Positions 40,205-52,690 of a stretch of DNA of 64,000 nt are shown one piece after another. Each line of letters opens with the position of its first letter. Within the stretch, counting starts at the first letter, position 1. Source of the DNA: Octopus sinensis (taxonomy: Eukaryota); contig NC_042997.1 in the NCBI RefSeq assembly GCF_006345805.1, forward strand, positions 14,322,001 to 14,386,000. Reading direction: 5' to 3'. A program made the position numbers and the translations under genes. The notes beneath the pieces are model-generated. The model was not told where the DNA came from. It saw nothing but the letters and a program-made list of their open reading frames with translations, and did no database searches.

Positions 40205-41207
40205 ATCCAAATTAGCTCAGATGACTCAGCATTACGACGTTACTTTGAATGGCTTGTGCCTGCACGTATATTAAACCCCGCGTATCTCAACACTCATGTC
40301 TTTCATAGAGCTGCGACTTAAAATCTCTCTTCAGTCTTCTCAATTCGTATGTCTTTACAACTCATTGAACAACTAACAGTTGGTTGACCCCATCGTCCTA
40401 CATTGAGGACATGTCTCATTCTTACCTTGCTACTTTCTGAACTCATCATCATTGATGAGTTCAGTATACAAAACTTCTCCTAGCACACGTCATCTTCTTG
40501 AAATGACTTTGCTGATGCAAAAATTGAAGTCATTCACAACTGTTTGCGCCAGTTAGTTTCTGTCACAAACCTATACAAAACTCAAAAAGCAGTCTTGACT
40601 TCTTTCAGACGTCTAAACCCAACCATTATCCAGCCATCAAGGGCACTGCGCCCATAAATTATCTGACCACTGTGTAATAGAGGTAACACACTCTTCACAT
40701 CTTACTATATAATCAATTCTCTTCCCAAGGACTTCAAGTTATCTCACTGATCAGATTTCTGTTGATTACCTTTGGAAGGAAAGATACTTCACTCTTAACC
40801 CGTACGAGACATAAAACTGAAACCATTCCTTATGACCTTTCATATCCTTCATTCAACCAACAAATGACCCACAATTCTCAAAGCAATACAAGAGAAGAAC
40901 GCTACTTATACCACCTGAATAAAGTCAGGTAGGTTTTTACTTGCTTCTGCAATGGTTAGACAATCATAAAGGAAGCTAAGGATGCTTTTCTGTATTGCAC
41001 AGTCATCTTCCAACTCTACATTTTGTGTGTGCTAAGTAAAAATTCACCCAAATTTTCTTCTCAGCGCGCCAGTCTCACCGCTGCGAATACATTTGCTGAT
41101 TCTAAAAACCTCTCTAAGCAACCGGTCCTGACAATACCTCGTTCATCTTCAAACAGTGCGACGCAGGGTTAGCTATTATTGTCAGCATTTTTCAGTATTT
41201 CTCTTTC

Positions 41208-41275
<68 letters not shown>

Positions 41276-41819
41276 TCCCTCTATCTCTCTCTCTCTCCCT
41301 CTCTCTCACTCTATTCCATTTATTGGAAACACGATAGTTCGTCCTAATTCCAAAGCAACTACCGACCTATTGCATCCACTCTATCATCTTAAAAGAGGGA
41401 AAAACATTTAACGCTGAATCCCTTGATCACCTTCATTTTCCTTCACCCTCTCTCTTTCCTTCTCTCTCCCTCTCTCGTTCTCTCTATTTCTCTTTCTCAA
41501 TGACACCAGTCAAAACTATCGGCCTATGTCACTCAGTCACTCAATATTGGTAACTTGGGCTAAAGTAATGCTTCGTCACTTGGCAGACATAAAGCATTGG
41601 ACCGTACCTTGCCTAAGAAGCTTCGAGTTGATTTAACCGCATATGACCCTTCGTCTGATATCTATTACTTGGATTTTAAGTTTCCTGTCACACTAAACCA
41701 GTTGTGGGCAACCTTTCTCGAAAAGCAGGTCGCATAAAACACGACTCATCACCAGGGGGACTACACTACTAACAAAATTCAAGGTAATTTTTCAGTTGGG
41801 CATGTCGTTGGGTATGTAC

Positions 41820-41960
41820 TAATACAGTACCAGGCAGTGGCTCTCATATGGCCTTTGAACTTAACTGATCTTAACTGTACATTGTTTTGCCTTGATATAA
41901 AAGATGGGCTATAGTAAATATTCTGCTCAATGCCACAGATTTGTTTGTCAGTTGTTTGAC
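41820..41960 (+). mobile_element. Fragment of the 6744-7291 element
   Basis: CAGTACCAGGCAGTGGCTCTCAT..AAATATTCTGCTCAAT, inverted relative to 7146-7290. Confidence 0.85.
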
Positions 41961-42278
41961 TAGTTTGAGAGAGAAAAATTTGTCAACACCAGCACCTCCG
42001 GTGCCGTCACACATCTATTTTAGTTTGATTCTTAGAAGCAATCTGACGTCACAGTTTCAACATTTCTTACATTTTTGCTTAATTTCTCCTAAAATGCATG
42101 ATATTGAAAGTGTTGCCAATAGCAACTGCAGACTAAATGTTTTGGGTGTGGGGTTAAGAAGATCACTTTGCAAGCACGTGGTTCTGGGGCCAGTCGCACT
42201 GCGCGGTCCTTTGGGTAAATGTGGTCTACTACAGAGGTGCGGTGGGAGTTAGAGATGGGGGTATTAATGAAAATATAT

Positions 42279-42313
<35 letters not shown>

Positions 42314-42363
42314 AACACACAAACACACACATACACACACACATACATACATATATATATATA

Positions 42364-42499
42364 GGCGCAGGAGTGGCTGTGTGGTAAGTAGCTTGCTTTG
42401 GCACCTTGGACAAGTGTCTTCTACTATAGACTCGGGCCGACCAAAGCCTTGTGAGTGGATTTGGTAGACAGAAACTGAAAGAAGCCCGTCGTATGTATG

Positions 42500-42561
<62 letters not shown>

Positions 42562-42765
42562 TGTTTGTCCTCCCACCATCGCTTGACACCCGATGCTGGT
42601 GCGCTTATGTCACCGTAACTTAGCAGTTCGGCACAAGGGAAGCGGTAGAATAAGTACTAGGGTAACAAAGAATAAGTCCTGGGTTCTATTTGCTCGACTA
42701 AAGGCGGTGTTCCAGCATGGCCGCGGTCAAATGATTGAAACAAGTAAAAGAATAAAAGAATAAAA
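42364..42765 (+). mobile_element. SINE A with deletion of the B-box region
   Basis: head jumps from GCTTGCT to TTGGCACC. Confidence 0.85.
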
Positions 42766-43037
42766 TATGTATGTGTGTGTGTGCGTGTGTGTATGTATAT
42801 GTGTGTGTGTATGTGTGTGTGTGTAAGTGTGTGCGTGTGTTATGTATATATGTGTGTATGTGTGTGCGTGTGTGTATGTATGTGTGTGTATATATATATA
42901 TACACACACACACATACACACACACACATATATACATACACACACGCACACACATACACACACACACATATATACATACACACACGCACACACACATACA
43001 TATTTTATTCTTATATTCTTTTACTTGTTTCAATCAT

Positions 43038-43083
<46 letters not shown>

Positions 43084-43125
43084 TACACACACACACAAAC
43101 ACACACACATTCATATACACATACC

Positions 43126-43553
43126 TTTTATCTTTCTTTTATTTGTCTCAATTATTGGGTCGCGGCCATGCTGGGGCACCGTCTTGAAGGGTTTTAGTTG
43201 AACAAAATAACACCAGGATTTATTTTCTTTTAAGCCTGGTATCTATCCAATTGGCTTCTTTTGCGAACCTCTAGGTTATGGGAAAGTAAACAAGTCGATA
43301 TCTGTTTCAAGCTGCGGCTGAGAGGCAAATACAAACACACACACACACACACGCACAAATATACGCATACACGCGCGCACGCACTCACATACACACACAT
43401 GCACACAAGCGTATATGTGTGAGGGGCTTCTATTACCGTCTACCAAATCCATTCAAAGCCTTTCGACTGATCCGGGTCTATAATATAAGTGACTTGCCAA
43501 TGGTGTCATGCAGTGTTGGAACTGAACCGGAAGCAAGTGGTTGAGCCCCACTA

Positions 43554-43594
<41 letters not shown>

Positions 43595-43815
43595 GTGTGT
43601 GTGTGTGTGTCTTTGTGTTTGTGTTTGTTTCCACCACCTCTTGACAATTTGGTTTATTGGTTTATTTACACCCCTGTAACTTAATGGATCGGCAAAAGAG
43701 ACTGATAGAATAAGTACCAGACTTAAAAATAAGTACAGAGGTGCATTTGTTCGAGTAAATTCTTCAAGGGGGTGCACCAGTCTGGCCGAAGTGTTTTCAC
43801 TTAAACAAGTAACAC
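43126..43815. mobile_element. Diverged SINE A relatives (minus 43126-43555; plus 3' half 43595-43815)
   Basis: partial consensus matches. Confidence 0.65.
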
Positions 43816-44029
43816 GATAAAATGATTACTCGTAAACCAAATTCCATCTCCTACGAAATGCACCAGTGCTTTCCAAATTTTCATGGATAACGACACACTT
43901 TTCTGTTACCATAAAAAAGCAGACGTCACACTTGGTTGATTATAAAAAAAAGCAGACGACACACTTGGTTGATTATAAAAAAAAGCAGACGACAGATTAT
44001 AAATAAACTTCTGTAGCATTTAAAGTTTG

Positions 44030-44620
44030 CAGCTATTAAATAACACGTTTCCGCGATTATATATGTGCATAAGCATGCGCAGTCAAAACAGAGATTCGAA
44101 CTTAGAAAATACGGGGTTGTAATTAAATACCAGAGACATTTTGTCCGATGCTTTAATGAAGGTATGGACAACCCTTTTCGAGAAACTGGCCCCAAGAAAC
44201 ATAGCTCGTTATCAGAAAGACCGCGTTAGTAAGAACATTAAAGGTAAATTTTCGCTGCGCGTGGCGTTCAGAAAGACTCCTTATACAATTGTATGATACA
44301 AGGACGAACTCAAATCTTGTCCTCATATCACAAGATGCTCGCTTTCGATCAAATCATAAACTTACGTAAAAGAAATAACGTAGATACCTAACCACCTTAA
44401 TCGGACTATATTCCTGATATAGAAACCTGTTATGTAGACTCACTCCCTATCAGGCAAACCTTAATATATATATATATTTCCTCTCACACCGTCTCCGATG
44501 AAGGGGTATTATTAATTAATATCCTAGAAACAGCTGTATGACCTTCTATCTATAAATGCTCTAATATCTATACAGCCTTGGTTTTTTATCTTATTACGCA
44601 AAAAAAATTCTTATATTTAT
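44030..44620 (+). mobile_element. Penelope-like remnant: decayed GIY-YIG C-terminus plus LTR-like region
   Basis: multi-frame traces KYG..KYQRHF.RCFN and (C)SL(C)VA/ERLLI..ELKSCPHITR, followed by a hammerhead-like motif. Confidence 0.5.
44491..44543 (+). ncRNA. Minimal type I hammerhead-like motif (variant core CCGAUGA)
   Basis: GTCT-CCGATGA-AGG..CCT-A-GAAA-C-AGCT-GTA|TGAC. Confidence 0.55.
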
Positions 44621-44697
44621 ATATATATATGTAGTCCCGGGTTGAGTCGGGGTTAACCACAGTAAATAAGGTACTCAATACATAGCAGAGTAAAGTA

Positions 44698-44930
<233 letters not shown>

Positions 44931-44992
44931 TATATATATATATTATATATATATATATATATATAATATATATATATACATATATATACATA

Positions 44993-45088
<96 letters not shown>

Positions 45089-45313
45089 TAATTCTGAATG
45101 TTGTCGGAGGAAGTAGGAGGAAAAAGTCAGTCTAAAAGAACCGTGAAAGTCAATTAACAGGGAAGCCACCAGTGCATAGTAAGGGTATTTCGATACGCAC
45201 GCACACACACACGCACACACATACACACACATGTTTATGTATGCATGTATGTAAATTATTTTATTCTTTTATTTCTTTCATCCATTTGACTGCGGCCATG
45301 CCGGAGCACCACA

Positions 45314-46950
45314 TTAAGCCTCTTAAAACGGTTGACATAAATTTACGCGCGCAATGTGCGTGCTTTAAATCGGTCGACGTAATAGTACGCCACCTGGCTT
45401 AGTACTTGTCTCCTAAGTTAGTACCGGACCACCTGCCAACTGAGAGGCCGATTAGATGTTTCATATAAATATTTAAAACCCGATAGGCTGGTTCTGCCAC
45501 TCCGGCTTTGTCAACTTCCTCGTTGCATCCTGTTTCGTCGAATATACGGTCGTCGTGTCCTGTTTTATCGAATTTACAGCTACACAAAGCTCCACCGCCT
45601 CACCACTTGTTATTTTCCGGTTTGGACAATGATTCGGAGAGTGAGTATTTTCCTGGTTTAGAATCAGATGGTTCCGATAGTGACGATGATATTCCGGTGA
45701 ATCAAAGGTACAAGCAGGCAGCAGTGAATGGCCCTGTACAACATAATGTCGTGTGGCGAGCGAGAGACAATGGCATAAAGGCAAACTTTGAAAATGGAAG
45801 TTCGCCACCGGAAATCTTCAATGAGTTTTTGGCGGATGAAATGTTCCAATATATAGCAGACGAAACCAATGACTATGCTGAAAACCCACCCCAGCATGTC
45901 AGACCGGGCATGGCGGTGATTGGTCCTGCTTGCCCTGCTGATACTGATGGACATCGTGAAGAAACCGACACTGGTGTCATATTGGAATCCAGCCACGTCG
46001 ATACCTTTGTTTCCAGAAATGATGCCACGTGATCGATATTGATGCTTCTTCGAAATCTACATTTCATCTCAGACGAAAACCAGGATGAGAGGCTGCACAA
46101 AACACGTCCTATCGTTGACGAAGTGGTTGAAAATTTCAAAACGGTGCATGTCCCCGCACAGAACATTTGTACGGACAAGAGTTAGTGGAAACTCAAGTGA
46201 AGGTTCCGATTCAAAAATTACAACCCGACCAAACGTGCCCCCTTTGGAGTTAAAGTTTATAAAGTATGCCAGTCAACTAGCAGAGCCTGTAGGTACACGT
46301 GGAATTGCAAAATCTACGCTGGTCAGGACAGATTGAATCTTCCAGCGTTTTCTCTAGCGTCAACTGATATGTAGTCGCTGAATGAAAACTTGTTTGACAA
46401 AGCTACAATATTTATATGGACAAGTGGGTTTCCAGTCCAGATCTCTTCCTGTAGCTGCTGGCGAGAAGCCTGTGAGCCGCCCGATCTTGACAAGATAAAA
46501 CTTCTACAGGGGACACAACGTACCGATGCACCGATTGTGGCGTTTTCACTCTAGTATGGTGTAACAAGAACGTCTGCATGTTATCCACAATGCAAGCATG
46601 AAGGACACTGGGACACAAGATGCGGACGGTAATGGCATAATGAAACTGAGCGTAGTTGTTTCATACAATGAAGGGATGGGCGGGGTCGATCGCTCAGATC
46701 ATCTAGCAACAACACACAAATCGGCGAGAAAATCTGTGAAATGGTAGCAAAAAATTTTTCTTGTATATAGTTGTATATAGGCGCAGGAGTGACTGTGTGG
46801 TAAGTAGCTTGTTTACCAACCACATGGTTCCGGTTTCAGTCCCACTGCGTGGCACCTTGAGCAGTGTCTTCTACTAGCCTCGCCGTCGCCGTCCAAAGCC
46901 TTGTGAGGGATTTGGTAGACGGAAACTGAAAGAAGCCCGTCGTATATATG

Positions 46951-47005
<55 letters not shown>

Positions 47006-47730
47006 CGTGTGTGTGTTTGTGTGTCTGTGTTTGTCCCCCTAGCATTGTTTGACAACCGATGCTGGTGTATTTATATCCCCGTTACCTAGCGGCTCGGCAA
47101 AAGAGACCGATAGAATAAGTACTAGGCTTACAAAAGAATAATCCCGGGGTCGAGTTGCTCGGTTAAAAGCGGTGCTCCAGCATGGCCGCAGTCAAATGAC
47201 TGAAACAAGTAAAAGAGTAAAGAGTAAGAGAGTTGACATGTGTATCTCGAATTCACATTTGATTTGGCAGATTCTTGGCGGTGGGGGGGGGGATTAACAT
47301 TCAGGAATATATTATTCCGTGAAATGATAGAAGAATCAGACCTGCCAACGTACAGAATGTGTAGACGTCCCCACGTCAGACTCTCTCCTCACCGCACCAA
47401 GAAGACAAATGCTTCAAAGAGATGCGCAGTATGTAAAGCAAAAGAGAAATGTAAAGAAACTAGATACTATTCTTCACAATGTGATCTACCACTGTGTGCG
47501 GTACCCCGTTTTGAACTCTACCACACTAAAGTCAATTTTTTAAATCCATGTGATTGTAAATACGTGAAGTTCATCTGATTTGTGCTTGTCGAGTGATCTT
47601 ATTCAGGAATAATACTGCATGAGCGTCCTGCACAGGGAATGCAGTTTAGATAAATAAACAGTATTTACACTAAAGCGGTTGACGTAAGTATAACGTCGAA
47701 CGTTATCTCGCACTGAGCGCTGAACTCAAT
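45314..47730 (+). mobile_element. Fossil piggyBac transposon (transposase pseudogene)
   Basis: acidic N-terminus and SPPEIFNEFLADEMFQYIADETNDYA; NLHF..RLHKTRPIV..YNPTKRAPFGVKVYKVC; YNEGMGGVDRSDH..KSVKW; C-terminal KRCAVCK..ETRYYSSQCDLPLC..FELYH; TTAA at the left end; many stops and frameshifts. Confidence 0.92.
46780..47230 (+). mobile_element. SINE A inserted in the piggyBac ORF
   Basis: AGTTG at 46769-46773 and 47231-47235 (short TSD). Confidence 0.9.
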
Positions 47731-47828
47731 TGGCGGGATTACCGTTGCCGCGCGCAGGTAACCGGATGAATCACCGCAAGTATACGCCGAACTATTTGCT
47801 AATTGCTGATCTCAGCCGAGATAATTAC

Positions 47829-48062
47829 CTATTTCTTTACTACCCACAAGGGGCTAAATACAGAGAGGACAAACAAGGACAGACAAACACACGGATTAAG
47901 TCGATTATATCGATCCCAGTGCGTAACTGGTACTTAATTTATCGACCCCGAAAGGATGAAAGGCAAAGTCGACCTCGGCGGAATTTGAACTCAGAACGTA
48001 ACGGCAGACGAAATACGGCTACGCATTTCGCCCGGCGTGCTAACGTTTCTGCCAGCTCGCCC
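47829..48062 (-). mobile_element. SINE B, full length
   Basis: reverse-complement consensus. Confidence 0.9.
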
Positions 48063-48143
48063 GTCAATGCAACCTAGTAGCTTGATGAAAAAAAAGAGCG
48101 TTGTCATGGGGTTAAGGGGTTTTAGCGAAACAAATTTTAGCTC

Positions 48144-48183
<40 letters not shown>

Positions 48184-48191
48184 GAGCGAGT

Positions 48192-48613
48192 TGCCACATC
48201 AAAGTGGCCGGTGAATGTTACTACCAGTTTAACTCCAGGCAGATTCTCCACCAGCTGATTTTCGTTGCCACGTTCTGCATCCCTTATATACAATATGTCG
48301 CTAGCAAGGGGGAGCGAACCCCTACTAACTAGCTACTTTGCTTATTGCAAATCTACGATATATCGCTGGCAGAAGCGGCTCTTAGCTATCACTCCATTGC
48401 GCAGGTGCACGCTGCTGACGAAGAGCCAACTGGCTCGAAACTGGGTTAGTCTCGCGATCTTGTTAGCTGATTGGGGTTAGTAGGAGTTCGCTCTCCACTG
48501 CTTGCAATATGTTGTATATAAAGGATGCAGAACATTGCATCGAAAAACAGTTGGCGGGGGATCTGCCTGGGGTTAAACTAGTAGTAATATTCACCTGCCA
48601 CTTTAATGAGGCA
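48192..48613. mobile_element. Fold-back element with 138-bp inverted arms, in (TA)n
   Basis: 48192-48329 vs reverse complement of 48476-48613: ungapped, about 23 mismatches by hand count. Confidence 0.88.
48405..48460 (+). ncRNA. Type I hammerhead ribozyme core
   Basis: CTGACGA(48415-21)-A-GAGCC/AACT/GGCTC-GAAA-CT/GGGTT/AG-TC|; all core nucleotides present, GUC triplet; stem I imperfect. Confidence 0.8.
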
Positions 48614-48695
48614 GGTGAATGTTTAATATACATTACTACGCTATCTCTACTTGAGATTATATATATATATATATGGCGGTGGTGTACTAATATGT

Positions 48696-48965
48696 GTGTG
48701 TGTGTGTGTTTGTCCCCCTAGCATTGCTTGACAACCGATGCTGGTGTGTTTACGTCCCCGTCACTTAGCGGTTCGGCAAAAGAGACCGATAGAATAAGTA
48801 CTGGGCTTACAAAGAATAAGTCCCGGGGTCGATTTGCTCGACTAAAGGAGGCGGTGCACCAGCATGGCCGCAGTCAAATGACTGAAACAAGTAAAAGAGT
48901 ATATATATATATAATATATATATATAATATATATATATATATATGTATATTATATATATATATGT

Positions 48966-49001
<36 letters not shown>

Positions 49002-49176
49002 ATGTTAAGGCGTAGGAGTGGCTGTGTGGTAAGTAGCTTGCTTACAAACTACATGGTTCCGGTTCAGTCCCACAGCGTGGCACCTTGGGCAAGTGTCTTC
49101 TACTATAGCCTTGGGCCAACAAAAACTTGTGAGTGGATTTGGTAAACGGAAACTGAAAGAAGCCCGTCGTATGTGT

Positions 49177-49238
<62 letters not shown>

Positions 49239-49380
49239 TCCCCCTAACATGGCTTGACAACCGATGCTGGTTGAATAAGTACTAGGCTTACAAAAATAAG
49301 TCGATAGAATAAGTCCTGGTGTCGATTTGCTCCAGCATAGCCACAGCCAAATGACTGAAACGAGTAAAAGAGAAAAAAAA
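48696..49380 (+). mobile_element. SINE A 3' half (48696-48902) plus SINE A (49009-49380)
   Basis: family A consensus. Confidence 0.88.
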
Positions 49381-49659
49381 GAGGGAGAGAGAGTATATGT
49401 ATGTATGTATGTATGATAATTATGTTGAAAATATATCCAAATGAATACTATGGAATGTGGGTACTTTGCAAGAAATTTTTAATAAATATATGTCAGCAAC
49501 CACTCCTCTGAAAACTTACCCGTTCTCACCACCATCATCAAACTACCCACCACCACTACCAATGAATAAAACATCAGATACTATATAAAAGCATCAGGAA
49601 TATGGTTAGCATCTCGCACATTGGGTATGTGTGTATACATATATATATATAAAATAATG

Positions 49660-50086
49660 TTTATAATTATAAAAAAAAAATTTTGTATAAGTTTTTACCG
49701 ATAATGGTTTTTTTCCATACCGAAGCAACTTGGTACAATTTATTAATTATTAAATTAATAATTCTTTACGCTATATCTATAATATATATATATATATATA
49801 TAAAACCATTATCGGTAAAATCTTATACAAAAAGTTTTTTTTTTTATAATTATAAATATAATTAAGGGATGAGCAAAAAGTTGCTTCACCACATACCGAA
49901 AATTTAGAAATAGCAGTCAAAACTACTAATTCTTCTACTACTATATATCTCCACAGACAGTGACTGTCTGTGGAGATTGACTGTCTGCGGAGATATATTG
50001 TAATAGAAGAATTAGTAGTTTCGACTGCTATTTCTAAATTTTCGGTATGTGGTGAAGCAACTTCTTGTTCATCCCTTAATTATATT

Positions 50087-50090
<4 letters not shown>
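49660..50090. repeat. Two abutting inverted repeats
   Basis: arms 49660-49710/49802-49856 and 49851-49960/49985-50090. Confidence 0.88.
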
Positions 50091-50121
<31 letters not shown>

Positions 50122-50179
50122 TGTGTGTGTGTGTGTGTGTGTGTTGTGTGTGTGTAAGTATGTATTTATATACACATAT

Positions 50180-50375
50180 ATACATGCATGAATACATACA
50201 TGCATACATACATACATACATACATACATACATACATACAAACATACATACATACATACATACATACATACATACATACATACGTACGTACATACGTACA
50301 TACATACATACATACATACATACATACATACATACATACATACATACATACATACATACATACATACATACATAC
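50180..50375. repeat. (TACA)n microsatellite
   Basis: direct reading. Confidence 0.98.
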
Positions 50376-50639
50376 AAGCGGGTACGTGAATACAGCCTGA
50401 ATAACAGAATTTCGAATATGGACCAAATCTCTAAAAATATATTTGATGGCATTGAAGAATTTCCTTTGCAATCCCAGTTACGAGTAGAATGGATTGGTCA
50501 TGCCGTCGGAATGGGTGACAACAGTATTGCAAAAGTCCTTATGTTTAGCCAGTCCCATGAAGGAAGAAAAAGCACAGGATATAAGGAAGGGCTCAAAATG
50601 GCAATGATTCCTCCAGAAGCATTGAACCGCAATGAATAG
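50376..50639 (+). mobile_element. RTE-clade LINE C-terminal fragment
   Basis: QLRVEWIGHAVGMGDNSIAKVLMF..GRKSTGYKEGLK resembles the RTE LRW.GHV.RM...R..K motif. Confidence 0.65.
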
Positions 50640-50657
50640 AGGTGTATTTGCTTGCTT

Positions 50658-50986
50658 GGTGAGGGCGCGTGGCTTAGTGGTTAGGGCATTCGGCTCATGA
50701 TCGTAAGGTTGTGAGTTCGATTCCCGGCGACGCGTTGTGTCCTTGAGCAAGACACTTTATTTCACGTTGCTCCAGTCCACTCAGCTGGCAAAAATGAGTT
50801 GTACTTGTATTTCAAAGGGCTGGCCTTGTCACTCTCTGTGTCACGCTGATTATCCCCGAGAACTACGTTAAGGGTACACGTGTCTGTGGAGTGCTCAGCC
50901 ATTTGCACGTTAATTTCACGAGCAAGCTGTTCCGTTGATCGTATCAGCTGGGACCATCGTCGTCGTAACCGGCGGAGTCTTTTTAG
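50658..50986 (+). mobile_element. SINE C, full length, 12-bp TSD
   Basis: TSD ATTTGCTTGCTT at 50646-50657 and 50987-50998; nearly identical to 8487-8809. Confidence 0.93.
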
Positions 50987-51099
50987 ATTTGCTTGCTTAT
51001 TAAGCCATACAAAATACATGACTTAAGCTGTCTGGATCAGTTTATAAAGCTAAGGATAAAGACAAATTCTCATTCGAACATTCCATCCGCTTAGTATAA

Positions 51100-51422
51100 A
51101 AAAAAGGAGCACTCCGTCGGTTACGACGACGATGGTCCCAGCTGATACGATCAACGGAACAGCTTGCTCGTGAAATTAACGTGCAAATGGCTGAGCACTC
51201 CACAGACACGTGTACCCTTAACGCACAGTTCGCAAAGAGATTCAGCGTGACACAGAGTGTGACAAGGCTGGCCCTTTTTTGAAATACAAGTACTACTCAT
51301 TTTGGACTGGAGCAACGTGAAATAAAATGTCTTGCTCAAGGACACAACGTGTCGCCGGGAATCGAACTCACAACCTTACGATCATGAGCCGAATGCCCTA
51401 ACCACTAAGCCACGCGCCCTCA
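51100..51422 (-). mobile_element. SINE C, full length, inverted relative to 50658-50986
   Basis: 13-bp TSD with one mismatch, CCGCTT(A/T)GTATAA at 51087-51099 and 51423-51435. Confidence 0.92.
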
Positions 51423-51591
51423 CCGCTTTGTATAACAATTTTCTCTCGTGTCCATTCTGTGGACTTGTCTGTAAATCACTGGCTTGATTAAAGTCCCATA
51501 AGGGACGAGGCATCAGAAGTAAACAAAAGGAAAAGAGAACTGAAGAAGAGAAACCCTAACAACAATATCTCATTTGTTGACATCAAAGAGA

Positions 51592-51633
<42 letters not shown>

Positions 51634-51635
51634 TA

Positions 51636-51685
<50 letters not shown>

Positions 51686-51914
51686 TTATATATATATTGC
51701 TTGTTATCAGTCGTAAACACTTGTTGTTTTCACCGTTAATGCTTCTGTATTTCATGTTTCTGTATTCCATTATTGTTTTTTGTTTTTTTTTATATCTGTC
51801 CTTTTGCTGTCCTGGTGTTCGTATGCATTCGATCCTTCTTCCAGGAAATCTACGCTTCCAGCTTAGTTTTTCTTGGAGGGCTGGCCGTGATCTAGTAATC
51901 TCAAGATTAATCAG

Positions 51915-52035
51915 CCGAAATTACTACGATGATCCGGTCTTGACTGAAGACTGAGGGGTTCGAATGTCCTGTCCATGTTTATTGTATCGTTCTATGAGTT
52001 ATACGTTCTTGTCCATGTTGTATTTTTCTACATAC
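51915..52035 (+). repeat. Unclassified dispersed repeat (second copy 58068-58197)
   Basis: CCGAAATT..GATGATCC.GT.TTGACTGAAGA..TTCGAATG.CC.GTCC; both copies end at a microsatellite. Confidence 0.7.
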
Positions 52036-52061
52036 CTTAATATATATATATATAATATATA

Positions 52062-52115
<54 letters not shown>

Positions 52116-52247
52116 ATACCACACAACACACACACACACACACAATATGGAGGTTTAGTTCTAGGTACGCTAAGTGCTGCAATGGATTACTAGGACTCCA
52201 AGGTTATTGCCAAGACGGTTGTTATGGAGCCATTGCAGATCTAATAG

Positions 52248-52690
52248 GCGCAGGCGTTGCTATAAGCGCAGGTGTGTTTGTGTGGTAAGAAGCTTGCTTC
52301 TTAACCGCATGGTTCCGTGTTCAGTCGCACAGCGTGGAATTTTGGGCAAGTGTCTTCTACTATAACCTCGGGCCGACCAAAGCCTTGTAAGTGGATTTAG
52401 TAGTGGATTTAAACAAGTATTGGTGTCCATTTGATCAACTAATCTCTTCGAAATAAATTCCAACATAGCCTCAGTCCAATGAGTTAAAGGAAACAAGAAG
52501 AATTTTCTTTTCGTCATCGATGTGAACGTATTCTACGGTTAGACGGAAACTGAAAGAAGCCTGTCGTATATGTATATGACGTGGTATGTCAGACTATATA
52601 TAAGGGGTCGACTTGTTCTACTAAAGCCATTCAAGGCAGTGCCCCAGCATAGCTGCAGTGAAATGACTGAAACAAGTAAAAAGATAAGAA
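52248..52690 (+). mobile_element. SINE A interrupted by a copy of 53635-53771
   Basis: consensus resumes at AGACGGAAACTG after the insert. Confidence 0.85.

Noticed and set aside
43910-44005. 33-bp unit repeated about 2.5 times
   Set aside because: Ordinary slippage minisatellite with no further structure.
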